64,000 bases of DNA from Azolla caroliniana (Eukaryota; Plantae; Polypodiophyta). Numbering within the stretch: the stretch's first letter is position 1; each line of letters opens with the position of its first letter. The stretch is taken from contig JBHGNT010000004.1 of the NCBI GenBank assembly GCA_043228905.1, positions 16,368,001-16,432,000 of the forward strand, written 5' to 3'. The notes below the pieces were generated by a model that did not search any database, was not told the origin of the DNA, and worked only from the letters and a program-made list of their open reading frames with translations. The position numbers were made by a program, and so were the translations under genes. Of the stretch, positions 25,701-40,069 are shown one piece after another.

Positions 25701-27837
25701 CTGTGCTTGGAGAAGTGCCGCGAGTACCGGTTGAGTCTGAACCCGGCCAAGTGCGTCTTTGGAGTGGCAAGCGGCAACTTACTAGGGCACGTGATGAGTA
25801 AGGAAGGAATCGCGGTAGATCCGGATAAAGTGAAGGCGATTCTCGAGGCACCAGCACCAAATAACGCAAAGGCTTTAAGCCGGTTCCTGGGCCAAATAAG
25901 GTGGCATAGCCGGATGATACGACACCTCGCAGACTTCGCTACACCATTGCATACCGCTGTACATAGGGTACCCTTCCTATGGGCGGAGACGGAGGAGGAA
26001 GCCTACCAAGCGTTGAAGGTTATGATGTCGCAAGCTCCGGTGGTGCAACCGCCGGATTGGAGTAAAAGCTTTCACGTCTTTGTCGACGCGTCGGACGTAG
26101 CAATCGGCAGCGTTCTGATGCAACTCACGGAGCCGAAATGGTACCGACCGGTGTACTAGGCAAGCCGGAAACTCTCAAAAGCCGAACGGAACTACTCTAC
26201 GACGAAACGCGAGGCATTAGGAATGGTGTATAGTGTCACAAAGTACAGGCACTATCTGCTCGGAAGGAAGTTTTCCTTCCATGTCGACCATTCGGCACTA
26301 CTCTACCTGGTCTCGAAGGCATCCCTGACGGGAAAAATTGCACGATGGACACTGCTGTTACAGGAATTTGAATTCGACATTTTCCACTGACCCGGGGCGC
26401 AGCATGCGGTAGCGGACTACCTAAGCAGACTCGAATCCGGAGAAGCAGGGGACGGCGTCCAGGATGAGTTCCCCGACACCGAGTTGTTCCGGATCACGAC
26501 GGAACCGGCAACGGATGCAACGGTAGCCGATGAAGACACGTGGCTAACTGAGATGCATCAGTTCCTGAGCACCGGAGTACCCCCGGAGAACATGGACCGC
26601 GATGAAAGGAAAAGGGTAGCAGTAAGAAGCAGACATTTTTGCTTGGTTGGAGACACCCTCTATCACAAGGGGGCAGATGGCATCTGGAGACGAGAAGTGC
26701 GGAGCGATGAGAAGGATCTAATCCTCAGGGAAGCCCACTGTGGAATTGCCGGCAGGCATTATGCCGGCGACGCAACCGCTCGGAAAATATGGCAGAGCGG
26801 ATTGTGGTGGCCCACCACCCTAAAAGATGCCGTGAAGTATAGCAGAGAATGCGATTTGTGTCAACGACTGGGCCAACCCACGGAGCAGGCCCAGATGCCA
26901 CACCACCTGGTCTTGCCATTGGAACCGTTTCAAAAGTGGGGTTTGGACTTTGTCGGTCCCTTCACGCCACCGGCAATGCGAACCGGAAATCAGTATGTCA
27001 TAGTGGCGACCGACTATTGCACCAAATGGGTAGAAGCGAAGGCCTTGCGGGACAACACGGCCGCGTCCACGGCAAAGTTCCTGTACGAGTGCATATGGTG
27101 CCGGTATGGATGCCCGATCGAGCTTATAAGTGACCAAGGAGGACACTTTCTCGGGCAGGTAGTAGAAAGCCTGACGTCATTTTACGCGGTGGTACATAAA
27201 AGGAGTACTCCCTACTACCCTCAAGCCAATGGACTAGCGGAATCGACGAACAAAACTCTGCAGAACATCCTACGGAAAATCGTCAACGAGAACCAGACCG
27301 ACTGGGATACGAAATTGCAGAGCGCGCTATGGGCGTACCGAACAACGTACAAAACCAGCATCCGGACAACCCCGTTTCGACTAGCATTCGGTTTAGAAGC
27401 GGTCATGCCGATAGAGTTCCAGATCCCCAGCTTACGGATCCAGGTAAAGGAGCGCTTAAGTGAGAAGGAGTCCGAACGAATCCGGTTGGCGACGTTGTTG
27501 GAATTAGAAGAAAACCGAATAGCCAACTTACTACAACTCGAACTGGAGCAAAGGAGGAGAAAAGCTTTCGTGGACCGACACCGGCGTGGCAACGAAAAGG
27601 AGTTCGAAGTCGGGAAACCGGTGCTACTGTTCCAGACACGGATGGGGAACATGCCGGGAAAGTTGCGGTTTCGGTGGACCGGACCGTTCTGGATCACCAA
27701 GGAGTACAATGGGTCGTATCAGCTCGGCACGTTGTCTGGAGAAGTCATCGGTAAGTGGGCAAATGGGTTTCGGCTAAAGCCGTATAAGGGAAATATGCCA
27801 GCCAACCCGTTCAAGCAAAACCCGGAAATCCGGCACG

Positions 27838-27945
27838 ATGAGGAACCGACACCGACAGACACTGCTACAGATATCCGGACCGAGGAAGAACCGACACCGA
27901 CAGACGCTGCTGCAGATATCCGGACCGAGGAAGAACCGACACCGA
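27838..27945 (+). repeat. 45-bp tandem coding repeat (EEEPTPTD.A.DIRT) at the integrase C-terminus
   Basis: Two complete copies and one partial copy. Confidence 0.85.
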
Positions 27946-28310
27946 TACTAACAAAGACTATCCTGGAAAACCGACAGAAGGATCCGGTATCAGCGCGAAC
28001 CGACCCGAACAAATCGGGGGGGACCAGAAAATGACGTGGTCCAAACAAACAGAGAAAAAAAATAAAAAAAAATAAAAAAATAAATCATAGTAGTGATGGG
28101 GAGATCACAAGAGGTGGGAGCGCCACCATGCAACGAAGAGGCGCCATGCAGTAAAGGAGGACGTGCGCGTACTTGCTATTTAAAGCATGGAACGTGGGCA
28201 CCGACATACGAGGTATTACTCACACGCGGCAAGCAAGAAAGGACATACTAATTATGGCGGGAGATAGACATGCGCGGGAAATGAAAAAGGGCGGCTCAAA
28301 GCAAAAGCCA

Positions 28311-28320
28311 CTATATAAGA
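28311..28320 (+). promoter_or_regulatory. Putative internal TATA box for ORF3
   Basis: ctatataaga ~140 bp upstream of ATG 28455. ACGTG motifs at ~28034, 28161 and 28192. Confidence 0.45.
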
Positions 28321-28454
28321 CACAGGCCTGCGAAGGACTTACTTTTTACGAATTTTCCTACACACAGGTGTAGAAGCACAGAAGAGCCATCCGACGCACA
28401 TCGCACACACATCCCGATCCCGAACAACAGACAGCAGAAGAAGAATTCGAACCA

Positions 28455-31375
28455 ATGGCACTGTCGGAGGAGGCACGCCAATGGATGATGGAGAACAGGT
28501 TAGAAGGATTGCTGTGGATCGCCGACGCTCCACCACACGTAGAACCAGAGCAGGCGGTAGCATCGATTGATTTATCAGAAATCACGGAAGGAGCGGTGCA
28601 GGCGCTCACGGGGATAAAAGCAGGAGGACTTCAAACGATCGAAAACCCTTCAAGTGAAATCCTGTTCGAATATTTCGGTGAGTATTCCATCAGCAGCAAG
28701 GCGTACCGAACACGGGGCGGAGAGAACCTGCTGTTCGGAGAAGTGGCCCGCGCCCTGATGGAATACGGATTCGTGAATTCTCGTCCCCCGGCCATAGCCA
28801 GGTACCGGGCAACGTTCTTAATTGCAACGTACGAAGGATTACAAGTGGACTGGCTCCATTACATAACCGAAGGATTGAAGGAGGCCATCAAGAACCTTGT
28901 GGAAGGAAAAAAGCCATGGGCCGGGATAGCACAATGGCTAACGGTGTTAGTCCCACCGGTGCTCCCCATCAAACAAAAGCAAAGAGGTCGGCAGGAGACG
29001 ACACCGAAAAAGGTCACAAAGCGCCGATATATCCTGGAGAAACACACCCCAGGATGGACCCAGGAAGAAGCAGAACAACGGGAGGAAGGACCATCCCGAT
29101 AGCAACAGGAACCGGCAACAAAGGCAAAACCGGCAGGAAAAGGCAAAGGAAAATTGGCCGAGGAGGAACCGGTAGCGCTCAAACCAATCAATATAACGCT
29201 GCGACGGCCGGAACCGGAACCAGAGGTCTTTATACAAAAGGTCCGTCTGGTAGCCACACAGGAGGAGGAAGCTGAAACAGAAGACTCATCCGAACCACTG
29301 GTAAGACCCCCAGCAAGACAAGGTCGGGAGAGACGGGCGAGAGGACCGGCTCCACCAGTTGACAAAACTCAGCAGAGGGCGCAAGGACCACCTCCAGTAG
29401 CCGTGGCGGAAGCAGTACCGGAACCCGTACCGAGGGAAGCAACATCGACATTGGTTTTGCCGGACTTCAGAGAACCAGTCATCCTAGAGAAGAGGAATGA
29501 ACAAGCGCCGGAGCCAGAGAAAAGGCCGGAAAAACAGCCTGAGTTAAGGAGTAGAAGTGAGCAATGCTACCCCGACACAGGAAGCACAAAGCCACAATGG
29601 CTGAGATGGCTTTCGGAGCAGTTATTGGGAGTAGCGGACCAGTTAGAGGAAGAAGAAACGTGTAGGCAACACCTGACGCATACAACAACCCAGGAGTTGG
29701 TCGCGCTCCGAACACAGATCCGGGAATTGCAAGGGGAGCTGTTGCAGGCAAGGGAAGGAATTCAACAAGCACAAGTTGTCACCGAGCCGGTCGGGACAAC
29801 AAGGAAGCAACCAGAACCGGAACCGGAACCGGTAGCCTTGCAAACCGGCCCTGAGACCGAAAAAATAATAGAAACCTTACGAGAGGAGTTAAAAGCTCAG
29901 GAGGCATTAAGGGAAAAAGAAAGGGAGCAGCGGAAAGCGGTGGAGGACGACAGACGGAAAATGGAAGAAGGCCTCCGGAAAGGCCAAGCCACTAATGACG
30001 GACTGCAAGAAGAAAAAGAGAAGCTGCAAAAGGAGAAGGACCGACTGCGTCGACAGGCCGAGCAGGAGATAGAACGACTGCAGGAAGAACTCTGACAACA
30101 GAAGAACTGGGACGACCGGTTAAAAGCTCAGGTAAACCGACGCCTGAAGCAGAAGACGGAGGACTTCGACCGACTCTACCGAGATCACAAGCAGGCCGAG
30201 TCAGACAACAAGAAACGGGCAGCAGACTACGACCGGCAAATAGAGAAGCTGAAAGAACAACTCAAAGAGACCCGATTAGACCTGGCTAAGACAATGGACG
30301 AGGTCAGTGCCAAAAAGGAAGCATTGTCGGCGGAAATAACCCAAGCGACGGAGAGAAGGAAGGAATTAGAGGCGCTAAGGCGAGAAAAGCTGGATCTGAC
30401 CAAGATCAGGAATGAAGAAAAGGAAAGATCGACCTTCACAATCAACAAACTGCAAAGTACCTATGAAAAGCAGAAAGCGGATTACGAGGCCCAGGCTCAG
30501 ATAATGGCCGACATTATAAAACGGGCAAGGAAGGAAAAGAAAGAAGCTTATGCGCATACTAAGGCGGGGGTTGACCGGATCAAGCTCATCATGTCAGGTT
30601 GGAGTACCCGAGCTCAGGCAAGCATCAACGAGAGTACGGAAAAGCTATGGAAGGAGTGGTCACAACAGGCAGCCGAGCTGCAGACACTCCGAGCTGATGC
30701 CGAGAATTGGAGGAAGACCGGTGACAAGTTCTACAAGATGGATGAAGAAAGTATCGTCGCCATTCGTGAAGAATTGTCGGAGGATTTCTACGCTTTAGCG
30801 GAAGAACATCTCAAAGAAATTCGAGGGTTGGTAGAGAGGTTGGATGACGGGCAGCTCGCAACTCAGTTGGAGTTGGAGAAATACGAGCAGGACCGGTTAC
30901 GACAGGAAGCCAAGGGAAGAACGACGCCAATCACTATAAGTGAGGGAGAGCGACCGGCTGAAGTTGAACCAACCGACACCGAACAACCCCGACAAGGAAT
31001 ACCCGAAGAAGAACTTCCGTTCGAAGGAAATCAAGAAGAGCAGGAGCAGACCGATGCCGGGGAAGAAGAAGAGCTGAGACCGGAAGACACCGGAGCAGAG
31101 GAAGAAGGCGCACCGAGCCGACCAGTCGAGACCAGAGAAAGCGACACTGGTAACAGAACAGAGCCTGGAACGGAGGGAGAACAGGAAGAACCCGGACGGA
31201 GCAGTGAGGAAACACCGACACCACAGAATCAAGCAGAGCCGGAGCAACAAATTTTACGGAACAACCAACCCAACCGGAGGTCGGAGATCAGGCAGGCAAG
31301 GAACAGGAATTGGAGGAAGAAGCACCACTTGACACCTTCGAGCAGAGTGTGCTCGATATTTTGGAGGAAGAATGA
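28455..31375 (+). pseudogene. ORF3: ~970-codon accessory protein (globular N-terminus, Pro/Glu linker, long coiled coil, acidic tail)
   Basis: ORFs at 28455, 29154 and 30294 share one frame, broken by TAG (29100) and TGA (30093). A frameshift near 31250 precedes the likely native end ...SVLDILEEE* at 31373-31375. Confidence 0.85.
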
Positions 31376-32961
31376 GGCCGGGAGTGGATTCGAAGTGCAA
31401 GGCACTTTCCCACGGGCGTGCCATGTGTTGACGGTTAGAAGAGCAAGGACAAGTGGGAAGGCGGAGTCGGATCGGATAATAGGAAGTAAATAATAGTATA
31501 ATTATTATTCGGAGGGACGGATCCGGTACAGTTGTACCGATCCGGATCCGGACCGATTCGGATGCCGGTTGCCTAAGCGCACCGATTGTAACCTTGCCGG
31601 ATGCCTATAAAAGGATCTGATGATTTGTAAAGGCTTTACGGAAGTAATAAAAATAGAATTATTGCGTGTTTATCTGTATCTTTGTATTGTTTTACCGTCT
31701 GTGCTTAGTGTAATCATCTTACGCGTGTAACCTAGCATCCAATCCTAACCACCCCTTTGGAGAAGTGTCGGATAGACACTTGTGTTGAGGTTAGTCCGGC
31801 CAGGCAGACAACAGTTCCAGTGTTTCATTCGTCCTCTTCGGTTGATTCGGTTCTTTGTCTGAATCTGACTGGTTCATCATGTTCTTCGGCTAACATCCGA
31901 CTTCTGACCGGATTCGTCCTTGCATCTTCCAACCGATCTCTGTCGGTTGACCCGGAGTCCATTATCTTCTTCTACGACTCCCAGTCGGCAATGTTCTTGT
32001 CTTCCATGAAGACTATGTCTCGACTCCGGAACACTTCTTGTCGACCAAGTCCCACACTCGGTAGCGGAACTCATCATCGTCATTTCCAAGGAATATGCAT
32101 GGATGGGACTTTGTATCCAATTTATCTCTCTTGTCCTTTGCAACATGCACGTAGGTGAGACAACCAAACACCTTCAGATGCCGGTAAGACATGTCTTTAC
32201 CGGTTCATACTCTTTGTGGTGTGTCTCCTTCCAAGGGCGTTGAGGGTGATCTATTTATTACATACATCGTTGTCATCAGCGCCTCAACCCAAAACTTCTT
32301 GGATAAGTTAGCATGAGCCAGCATGTTTCGGACTCTCTCCATCATAGTCCGGATCATCCTTTCGGCCAATCTGTTGAGCTCCCATGTCTTCGGCACGGTG
32401 AATTCGAGCCGGATTCCCTTCGACTGGCAGTACTCTTGGAACTGCCCCCGATATTCACCTTGGTTGTCCGCTTGAACCGCTTTCAGCTTCCGGCTGGTTT
32501 CTCTTTCCACTGTCGTGTGGTATTCCTTGAAGATGGATAATACTTGGTCCTTCGTCTTTAGCGGTGAGACCCACAACTTCTGGTTGTTGTTGTCTATGAA
32601 TATCACGAAGTACTGTGATCAGGCATGTGACTTCGTGTCCACATGGCATACATCGGTATGCACAAGGTCCAGTTGTGCATTCCATCTCGACGGTGGTCTC
32701 GATCGGAAAGAGGTTCGGTGCTGCTAGCCGGCCAAACAGTCGGTGCACTTCTCAAGCTGCACGCCTTTCACCTCCGGAATGAGGTTATCTTCGGCAAGTT
32801 TACGCATCCCTTTCTTGCTCATGTGCCACAACTCACTTGCAGTGTCGGATACCACGTTCACATCTTCCTGGCAAATCCAAGCATGCATCATGTACAAGGT
32901 GTTAATCTTTTGGGCTTGGGTCACGATCAAGCTCCCTTTGCTGAACTTCATGACTCTATTC

Positions 32962-33457
32962 CGGATGCTAACCATGTAGCCTTCATCGTCTAGCCGAACG
33001 GCTGATATTAGGTTCAATTGAACCTCCGGAACGTGTCATACATCTTTCAACAACAACTTGCACCCGGTTGATGTTGTCGAACACACGTCCCCTATGGCGA
33101 CAATTTTGTATGTACCTTCATTTCCCATACGGAAACAACCGTGATCTCTGGCTCTGTACGATGAGAAGCATTTCCGGTCGGGTGTCAGATGGAATGACAC
33201 GCCAGAGTCGGATGCTAACCATGTAGCCTTCATCGTCTAGCCGAACGGCTGATATTAGGTTCAACTGAACCTCCGGAACGTGTCATACATCTTTCAACAA
33301 CAACTTGCACCCGGTTGATGTTGTCGAACACACGTCCCCTATGGCGACAATTTTGTATGTACCTTCATTTCCCATACGGAAACAACCGTGATCTCTGGCT
33401 CTGTACGATGAGAAGCATTTCCGGTCGGGTGTCAGATGGAACGACACGCTAGAGTCG
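32962..33457. repeat. 247-bp tandem duplication of the Copia protease region
   Basis: 32962-33208 is repeated at 33209-33457, nearly identical. Confidence 0.93.
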
Positions 33458-34614
33458 ACCACCCACGTCATTTCATCGCTAACAAGATGTATCTCATTTT
33501 CCTTAGTGATGAGCAACAACTCTTCTTCACTTGTTGTGATTGCCCATATTCCTCTCCTTTTCAAAATCTTCTTCGGTTCGGGAATGTTGGTCCCCCCTTT
33601 GACTTTCCGAATGTGTCGGCAATTCTTCTGGAAGTGCCCCGGCTTTTCGTAATAAAAGCAAGTGGGTCTCCCCCTTGACTTCGACCTCGTTCTTGATTTG
33701 TCCCGGTTCTAGGACTCTGGTTCCGGCCTCTTCCTCGGTTATGGTCGTCTTCCGTGACCAAGGCCTTTGCATCGATTCTGGACTCTCGGTCCTTCTGGCG
33801 AGCTTCTTCATTGAGCAAGCTTGATTTTACCCTTGTTATGGATAGGTGTTTTCCTTCCGGCCAGGCGTTGCCCAAAGTGACAACTAGCGTCTCCCAACTA
33901 TTCGGGAGGGAACTGAGTACCTCATCGGCCAGAGGTACTTCCAACGAGGTTGTTTGGTTTATTATCACCTGGAAGGAATTGATGTGCTCTGCCATACTGG
34001 AACCGTCTTGGTATCGGAGTCTCACTAGCTTCCAAATAGTGAGACCCGATTCACAGTGTTTTTATTCTCTAGCATGGTACCGATTTTCTCCCAGAGCACA
34101 TGAGCCTTACTCTCTTCATTAAAGTTGTTGTACAGGCTCATGTCGATGAAGCATCGAATGTATGCTGTCGTCTTCATGTGCATCACCTCCCAAGTCGTGG
34201 CATCGATCTTGTCCGATCTTTTGTCTCCAAACTGTACCGACATCTAGAGATTGTTAACCACCAGCATGTCCCTCATCTTCGACTTCCACACTGGGAGTTG
34301 GAGCCGGTGAGCTTGAACATGCTGCCGAATGAATCTTCCATGTTGTGATACCAATTTGTTACAAATAATGCTCGGCCACAACCCAGTCTCCAACATTGGA
34401 TGGAAGAAAACAAAAAATACAAATAAGATGACAAAAGATGTTAACTTGGAAAACCCTAATCGGGAAAAAACCACCGGAGCCCACAAACTCCAACTATCAC
34501 TATGAGAGAAAGGGTACAACAGAATGAGACTTAGAGGCAACAACCTCTAGGTCTGTATTTTCGCCAACCGGTAGTTACAACAAAAAAGGCATTCTGTATG
34601 TCTGTATGTCTGTA

Positions 34615-34657
<43 letters not shown>

Positions 34658-34924
34658 ATACAACGATAATGATAACCACTCTCAGCCGTAAACTACAATG
34701 ATAATCATATGTTACACTATTTTCCTTAGTTATATTTATACTCATATAACTTACGGGCTATTTACAAATATGACCTCAACAGTCACGCCTGAATATATTT
34801 ACAAATATGTTCCTACTTGCTAGTTCATACCGGATCTAGACGGACTTGTTCCGGATCCATCTGGTTCGGCTCCTCCCTTCGTCCCGTTTGATCCGGCCCA
34901 TCTGGAGGGACCTGTTTCTCAATA

Positions 34925-35247
34925 GGGAGAAATGAACCAAGCTGGAATCCCATTCGACAAATTGTATTTTTCTCGGATATGGGAGGAACGGGGAATTCAG
35001 CTATCTGCCATGGGACCCAAAGAACCGAAAATTGATCCCTAGTAGTGATGTAGTCTTCAATGAAGACTCAATCATCTGGGACCAAACAAAGCTCCGAACC
35101 AGAAAGAGAGTTAGTTTTGACTATTCTTCGACCCATCTCGAGGCCGAAATGTCGTATCCTGAACCCAATTTGGTAAGCAACCCCCAAGCCGAACCCGAAT
35201 CTCAAACGATTCAATAACTGATTCAATCCCAAGACAAACTCCATTTG
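34925..35247 (+). pseudogene. Copia integrase C-terminal fragment
   Basis: Translates as CIF.LGYG..GEFSYLPWDPKNRKLIPSSDVVFNEDS. Confidence 0.7.
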
Positions 35248-37779
35248 TGTTGAGTGGAAAAGCTCAACTTGACCCGGATCGACTGAATAAGTTAGAGCCG
35301 GATCGGTGACCGGAGAAGAGAGTTGGATTCGGAGAGCTAGATTTGGAGGGCCGAACCCACGTGCGAACTAGTAGGCTATTGGAGGTCTGCACTCATAGAC
35401 TACTAGGTAGATATCCTAGGAGTTAGTGTCAGTATCTCAGTACGAGCATTGAAGTACTTGTCAATACTTTTGTCGGTCCTTTTTAAGGACTTGTATAAAA
35501 GTGCTGACTGAGCACATTATACGTACAGAGAGTAATATTTTGTAATTTGAGTTTAGTGTTCTACTCTCTCTGTCTCTCTTGTGCACTCTCTCTCTCTTTG
35601 TGTGTATGTGTAAAGCTTCCATAAACCTGCAACATTTCTCTATTGGTAACCGGTGAAGTCGGTTGTGTATGTAAAGCTTCCGCACAAAATCTTTACATGG
35701 TATCAAGGTGCGAGGGTTGAAAGTCCTCTTCCGTTGACAAAAATCAGTAGATAGACGAAAACCTAATTTCTGGTAAAGAACATACAAAAGAAGGAAATGG
35801 ACAGAGGGATGGCTAGATCACTTCTGACGGAGAACCTCGACAGAAGCAATTATGCATCTTGGTCCTACAAGATGTGCCAATACCTGTTGGTGCACGATTA
35901 CTGAAGTTATGTCGAAGGAGTGAATGAAGAAGCGCCGGAGCCGACACACGAGGACTTCCCGGCATGGGAGCAAAGAGCGAGCAAAGTGTTGTATTGTCTC
36001 ACGTTGTGTGTGCACGATCAAATGCTTAGCTACATCAAAGACACAAGAACGTCGAAAGATGTCTGGGAAAATCTGAAGAAGATTTTAGAGGCCAGTACCA
36101 TGGCCCTGTAAGTTGCAACTTTGACAAGAGCTCAACAACATTCAACAAAGGGACATGTCGGTTACGGACTACACCAACAAGATAAAGGAGATTTGCAACG
36201 TGCTGGGGTCCATCAATATGATGGTGGATGAAGAAGAGATGGTCAAGATCTGCCTCGGTGGTCTGGCACAGAGGTACGGGCCTATCCGGACGACGATTTG
36301 CACCCGGGAGAAGCCACCATCCTTCTTCGACTTGCAATCGATGCTAATGGTCGAAGAAAACCACGCCAGTGGGTTGAGGAACACTCAAACAGAAAACCAG
36401 ATGTTGTACACAGAGGCGGATCAGCCCCGTGGGCATGCAGGATTAGGTGGATTGGCACACAACGGAAGTGGGCATCAAGAGCAGAATCGGAGGCATAGAG
36501 ATAGTGGCGACAACAGTTCCGAACCCTCCACAAGCAAGGGATTCAAGGCGGTGCCGAAAACCGACAATCGAAAAACGATATGGAATGCTGGTAATGTGGC
36601 AAGAAAGGCCATAAGGAAAGCGAGTGTTGGAAGAAGCATGTCGATTTGGATAAATCCGGATACGGCAAGGCTGGACAATGGAACCGATAGAGCTCGCACT
36701 ACGCCGAAGTATCAAAAGGATCCAAAACCGGAAGGACCAGCCTTCGTGATGAAGCACGAGGTGAACTCGATGAAGAAGTTTACTAACACCGGGTCATTTG
36801 AAATAGGTAATATGTCGCAATTTAAGAAAGGCACAAAGTATCCCATTTCACAAAAAGGACCATTGCATGTGTAAAGGGTTTTGGAAATTGAATCAAATTA
36901 TATTGATTTATACCATGTCCAAAACTTTAGGGCTTTCAAAAAATGCCCTTAATAATCAACACGTGAAATTTACAAGAGAACGAACAAAAATTAGAAAATG
37001 ACTAACATGTATATTTATACATATTTGTGAATTGCCATATTGATGTAACATACAATATTTACATTTCATATATGAGATCCATCACTTCCCAGAGATATGC
37101 CTTCCCCTTCAGACCCACCCGATGAACTAGAAGAGCTTTGTGAGGTCTCATCCTCATCATCACTAGCAACCAATGCATTGTCTTCATCCAATTGCAATCC
37201 AACGTCACCGTGATTATGAGAGATACTCCTTGTCGTCTCTGTGTTGCGTCAACAGGCACATATGAGATCTTTTCTTTTATTATATTGATTGTAATCAGTC
37301 TTAGATGGCCTGTTTTGGTCAAGGAGAAGTCATACACAAGTATGCCGAGATTATCAAGTGCTAGAGTAGACGTGCTTGGTAGATTCTTTCTCCTCTACTT
37401 TCTGCTTGTGCCTTTGACATCCTTAACCATATCTAAAGAGTACTTCCCAGTAAATGCATCTTTGGAAGAGGTATGATACCAATGAACCACAATAGATTTT
37501 ACTTGATTGCCTTCATCATCCTTAATAATTTCAATGATTTTGGCAATCTAGAAGGGATGGCCCAACCCCGGGGGCTTCACTGTCAAAACTTGTATGATAG
37601 CACGGGAGTTCATCAAAAGGGGTTTAAATTAGTCACTGAGATACAAAATGTATATATATAAGGGTATTAATAAATATTTTGAAAATATATTTACATAAGG
37701 GTATTATCAATTATGCTTGAAATTTTTTTTTATATAAGCCCATGAAATATTAGATATGTCAATGAGATAGTAAAGAATG

Positions 37780-39699
37780 TATTATGCATACATATATACC
37801 TACATCCATGAATATATATGTACATACATTACACCCATTTATACATGCATATTGACTAAACATAGATATATGTACAAATATATATTACCATATGTAAATA
37901 TGTACATACACATACGTACATACATTACATACTACATACATAAAAATGACATATTACATATATACATACACATTCTTACAAACATATTTTATATATTATA
38001 TATTACACACATATTGTTATACACAATTTATACAAATGCATATATACATTCCAACACAAAAAAAAACTTACATATTATATACATACACATACATAAATTA
38101 ATACATGAGATTACTTATTACACGTACATACAAATCTTCATACATACAAACACGTTACACATATATGCATATACGCACATAAATAAATTAGATATTGCAT
38201 ATCATATAATCCATATTTATTACACATAATTTACATATATAAATGTACACATATATAGATATATTACATATATACATACATACACACACATTAGATATAT
38301 GTATACTTACACATACATCGGATATATACATGCATATTATGTACATATTAGAAACATACATCCATATATGAGCCATGTACATACAAAACATGAAAAATAT
38401 CCCAAAAATATACATACATAAATACATTACATATATACACATCCATACATTCGTACACGTACATACATATCACCATATACACACACATATAGATACACGT
38501 ACATTAGATATATACATATGTATTATGTACATATTACAAAAACATCCATGCACATTGAATCATGAATATTGACATATACATATATGCATACACATACATA
38601 CATATCACCATATATATATGTACATATGCCTACAATGTTATAAGTTTTACAAACATACATCCATACACATATATACATACATTACATACATGCATACACA
38701 TACATATGTTACATATGTATATTACATAGACATACATATCATCACAAACTACAATGTACATATATACATACATATTACAAACAAACATCCACACACACAC
38801 GTATGCATGCATGTATGCATACACATACAAACATACATACATTACATATTACATATACACACATATGTACATTCATACATGTACTTACATATATTCATAC
38901 ACACTACAATAGTACGTATATGCATACACATACATACATTGCATATGCATATATGCATACACATATGTACATTCGTACATGGACATACATAATATTCCTT
39001 TATACATTGCTACATATACATACACATGCATACATTATATATATAGAGAGAGATATTATGCACATATTACAATCACACATCCATACACATTGAATCATGT
39101 GCATTTAAATATGCATATATACATACACACACGCACACGCATACAAACATACATTACATATGCATATACATATGTACATTCGTACATGGACATAAACATA
39201 CATACATTAGATATACATACACATACATATATGCATGCATGCATGCATACATTAGATATATACATACATATTACAAACAAACATCCATACACACATGTAT
39301 GCATATAGGCATACACATACAAACATACAAACATACATACATTACATATTACATATTACATATTACATATATACACATAAGTACATACATATATTCATTC
39401 ACATGTGCCCATGTATAAAATACCTAAAACATCCTATTACATTCTATTATCCATTTACCTAGAAAACATCTCCAGGAATCCATTTCAATTGGAGATGTAT
39501 CTTTACAATTGTCCCTTGCTTCACATATGTATGTATTGTGTTGTATATATGTGCATGTGGATGATCGAATGTAATATTTCTATACATATGCACATGTATA
39601 GTACACACACATATAACATGTAGATACATACACACACATAATACGTAGGCACATGCCATACATACAAATTTACAATACATACACATGCACATATATAGA

Positions 39700-39736
<37 letters not shown>

Positions 39737-40029
39737 ACACATAGATACATTATACATACTCACATGCCATACATACAATATATACAACACATGCAATTCA
39801 ATACATACATATATATACACATGCCATACATACAATGCATATATACAATAATGCATTTAATACAATACGATACAATGCAATACAATATGTACATACATGC
39901 ATACACACATCCATATGTAGACACAACACATACATACATATGCATGCAATACAATACATGTGCATATATATAGAACACATACGCACATGCTATACATACA
40001 ATACATACTTAAGCACATGTATAGAACAT

Positions 40030-40069
<40 letters not shown>

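Larger units (their letters stand above)
22601..28034 (+). pseudogene. gag-pol (three CCHC knuckles, protease, RT, RNase H, integrase) with frameshifts and in-frame stops
   Basis: CTTCLNSGHSTVDC, CMICNSRAHTTDRC, CYYCRKEGHYSNQC; TIIDG; DGFSGY, FLDDF; FVDASD; WGLDFVG, SDQG, NGLAE. Stops at 26157 and ~26388. Confidence 0.93.
22290..31813 (+). mobile_element. Non-chromovirus Gypsy LTR retrotransposon with a large third ORF; 5' LTR truncated
   Basis: TSD GTTCC at 22285-22289 and 31814-31818. 3' LTR 31426-31813; 5' LTR 22290-22602 is near-identical but lacks U5 and PBS. Confidence 0.96.
20268..34924 (-). mobile_element. Decayed full-length Copia element (3' LTR ~20268-20815, 5' LTR 34357-34924) hosting the 22290-31813 Gypsy
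   Basis: PBS tggtatcacaac at 34342-34353; PPT at 20816-20827. Fragments of gag (LPNSWETLVV), protease (WVVDSS), integrase, RT (LIYVDDML) and RNase H. LTRs are visibly diverged; no TSD found. Confidence 0.9.

Noticed and set aside
23308-31250. Long antisense ORFs (e.g. 24206-25126, 23308-23952, 28859-29365)
   Set aside because: Shadows of GC-rich sense coding sequence with no recognisable motifs.
28455-31375. ORF3 as a true retroviral envelope protein
   Set aside because: No signal peptide or transmembrane segment visible.
36781-36790. tactaacacc read as a CACTA terminus
   Set aside because: The right end has no TAGTG. The inverted repeat starts at AACACC, and TACT/CACT is better explained as the TSD.
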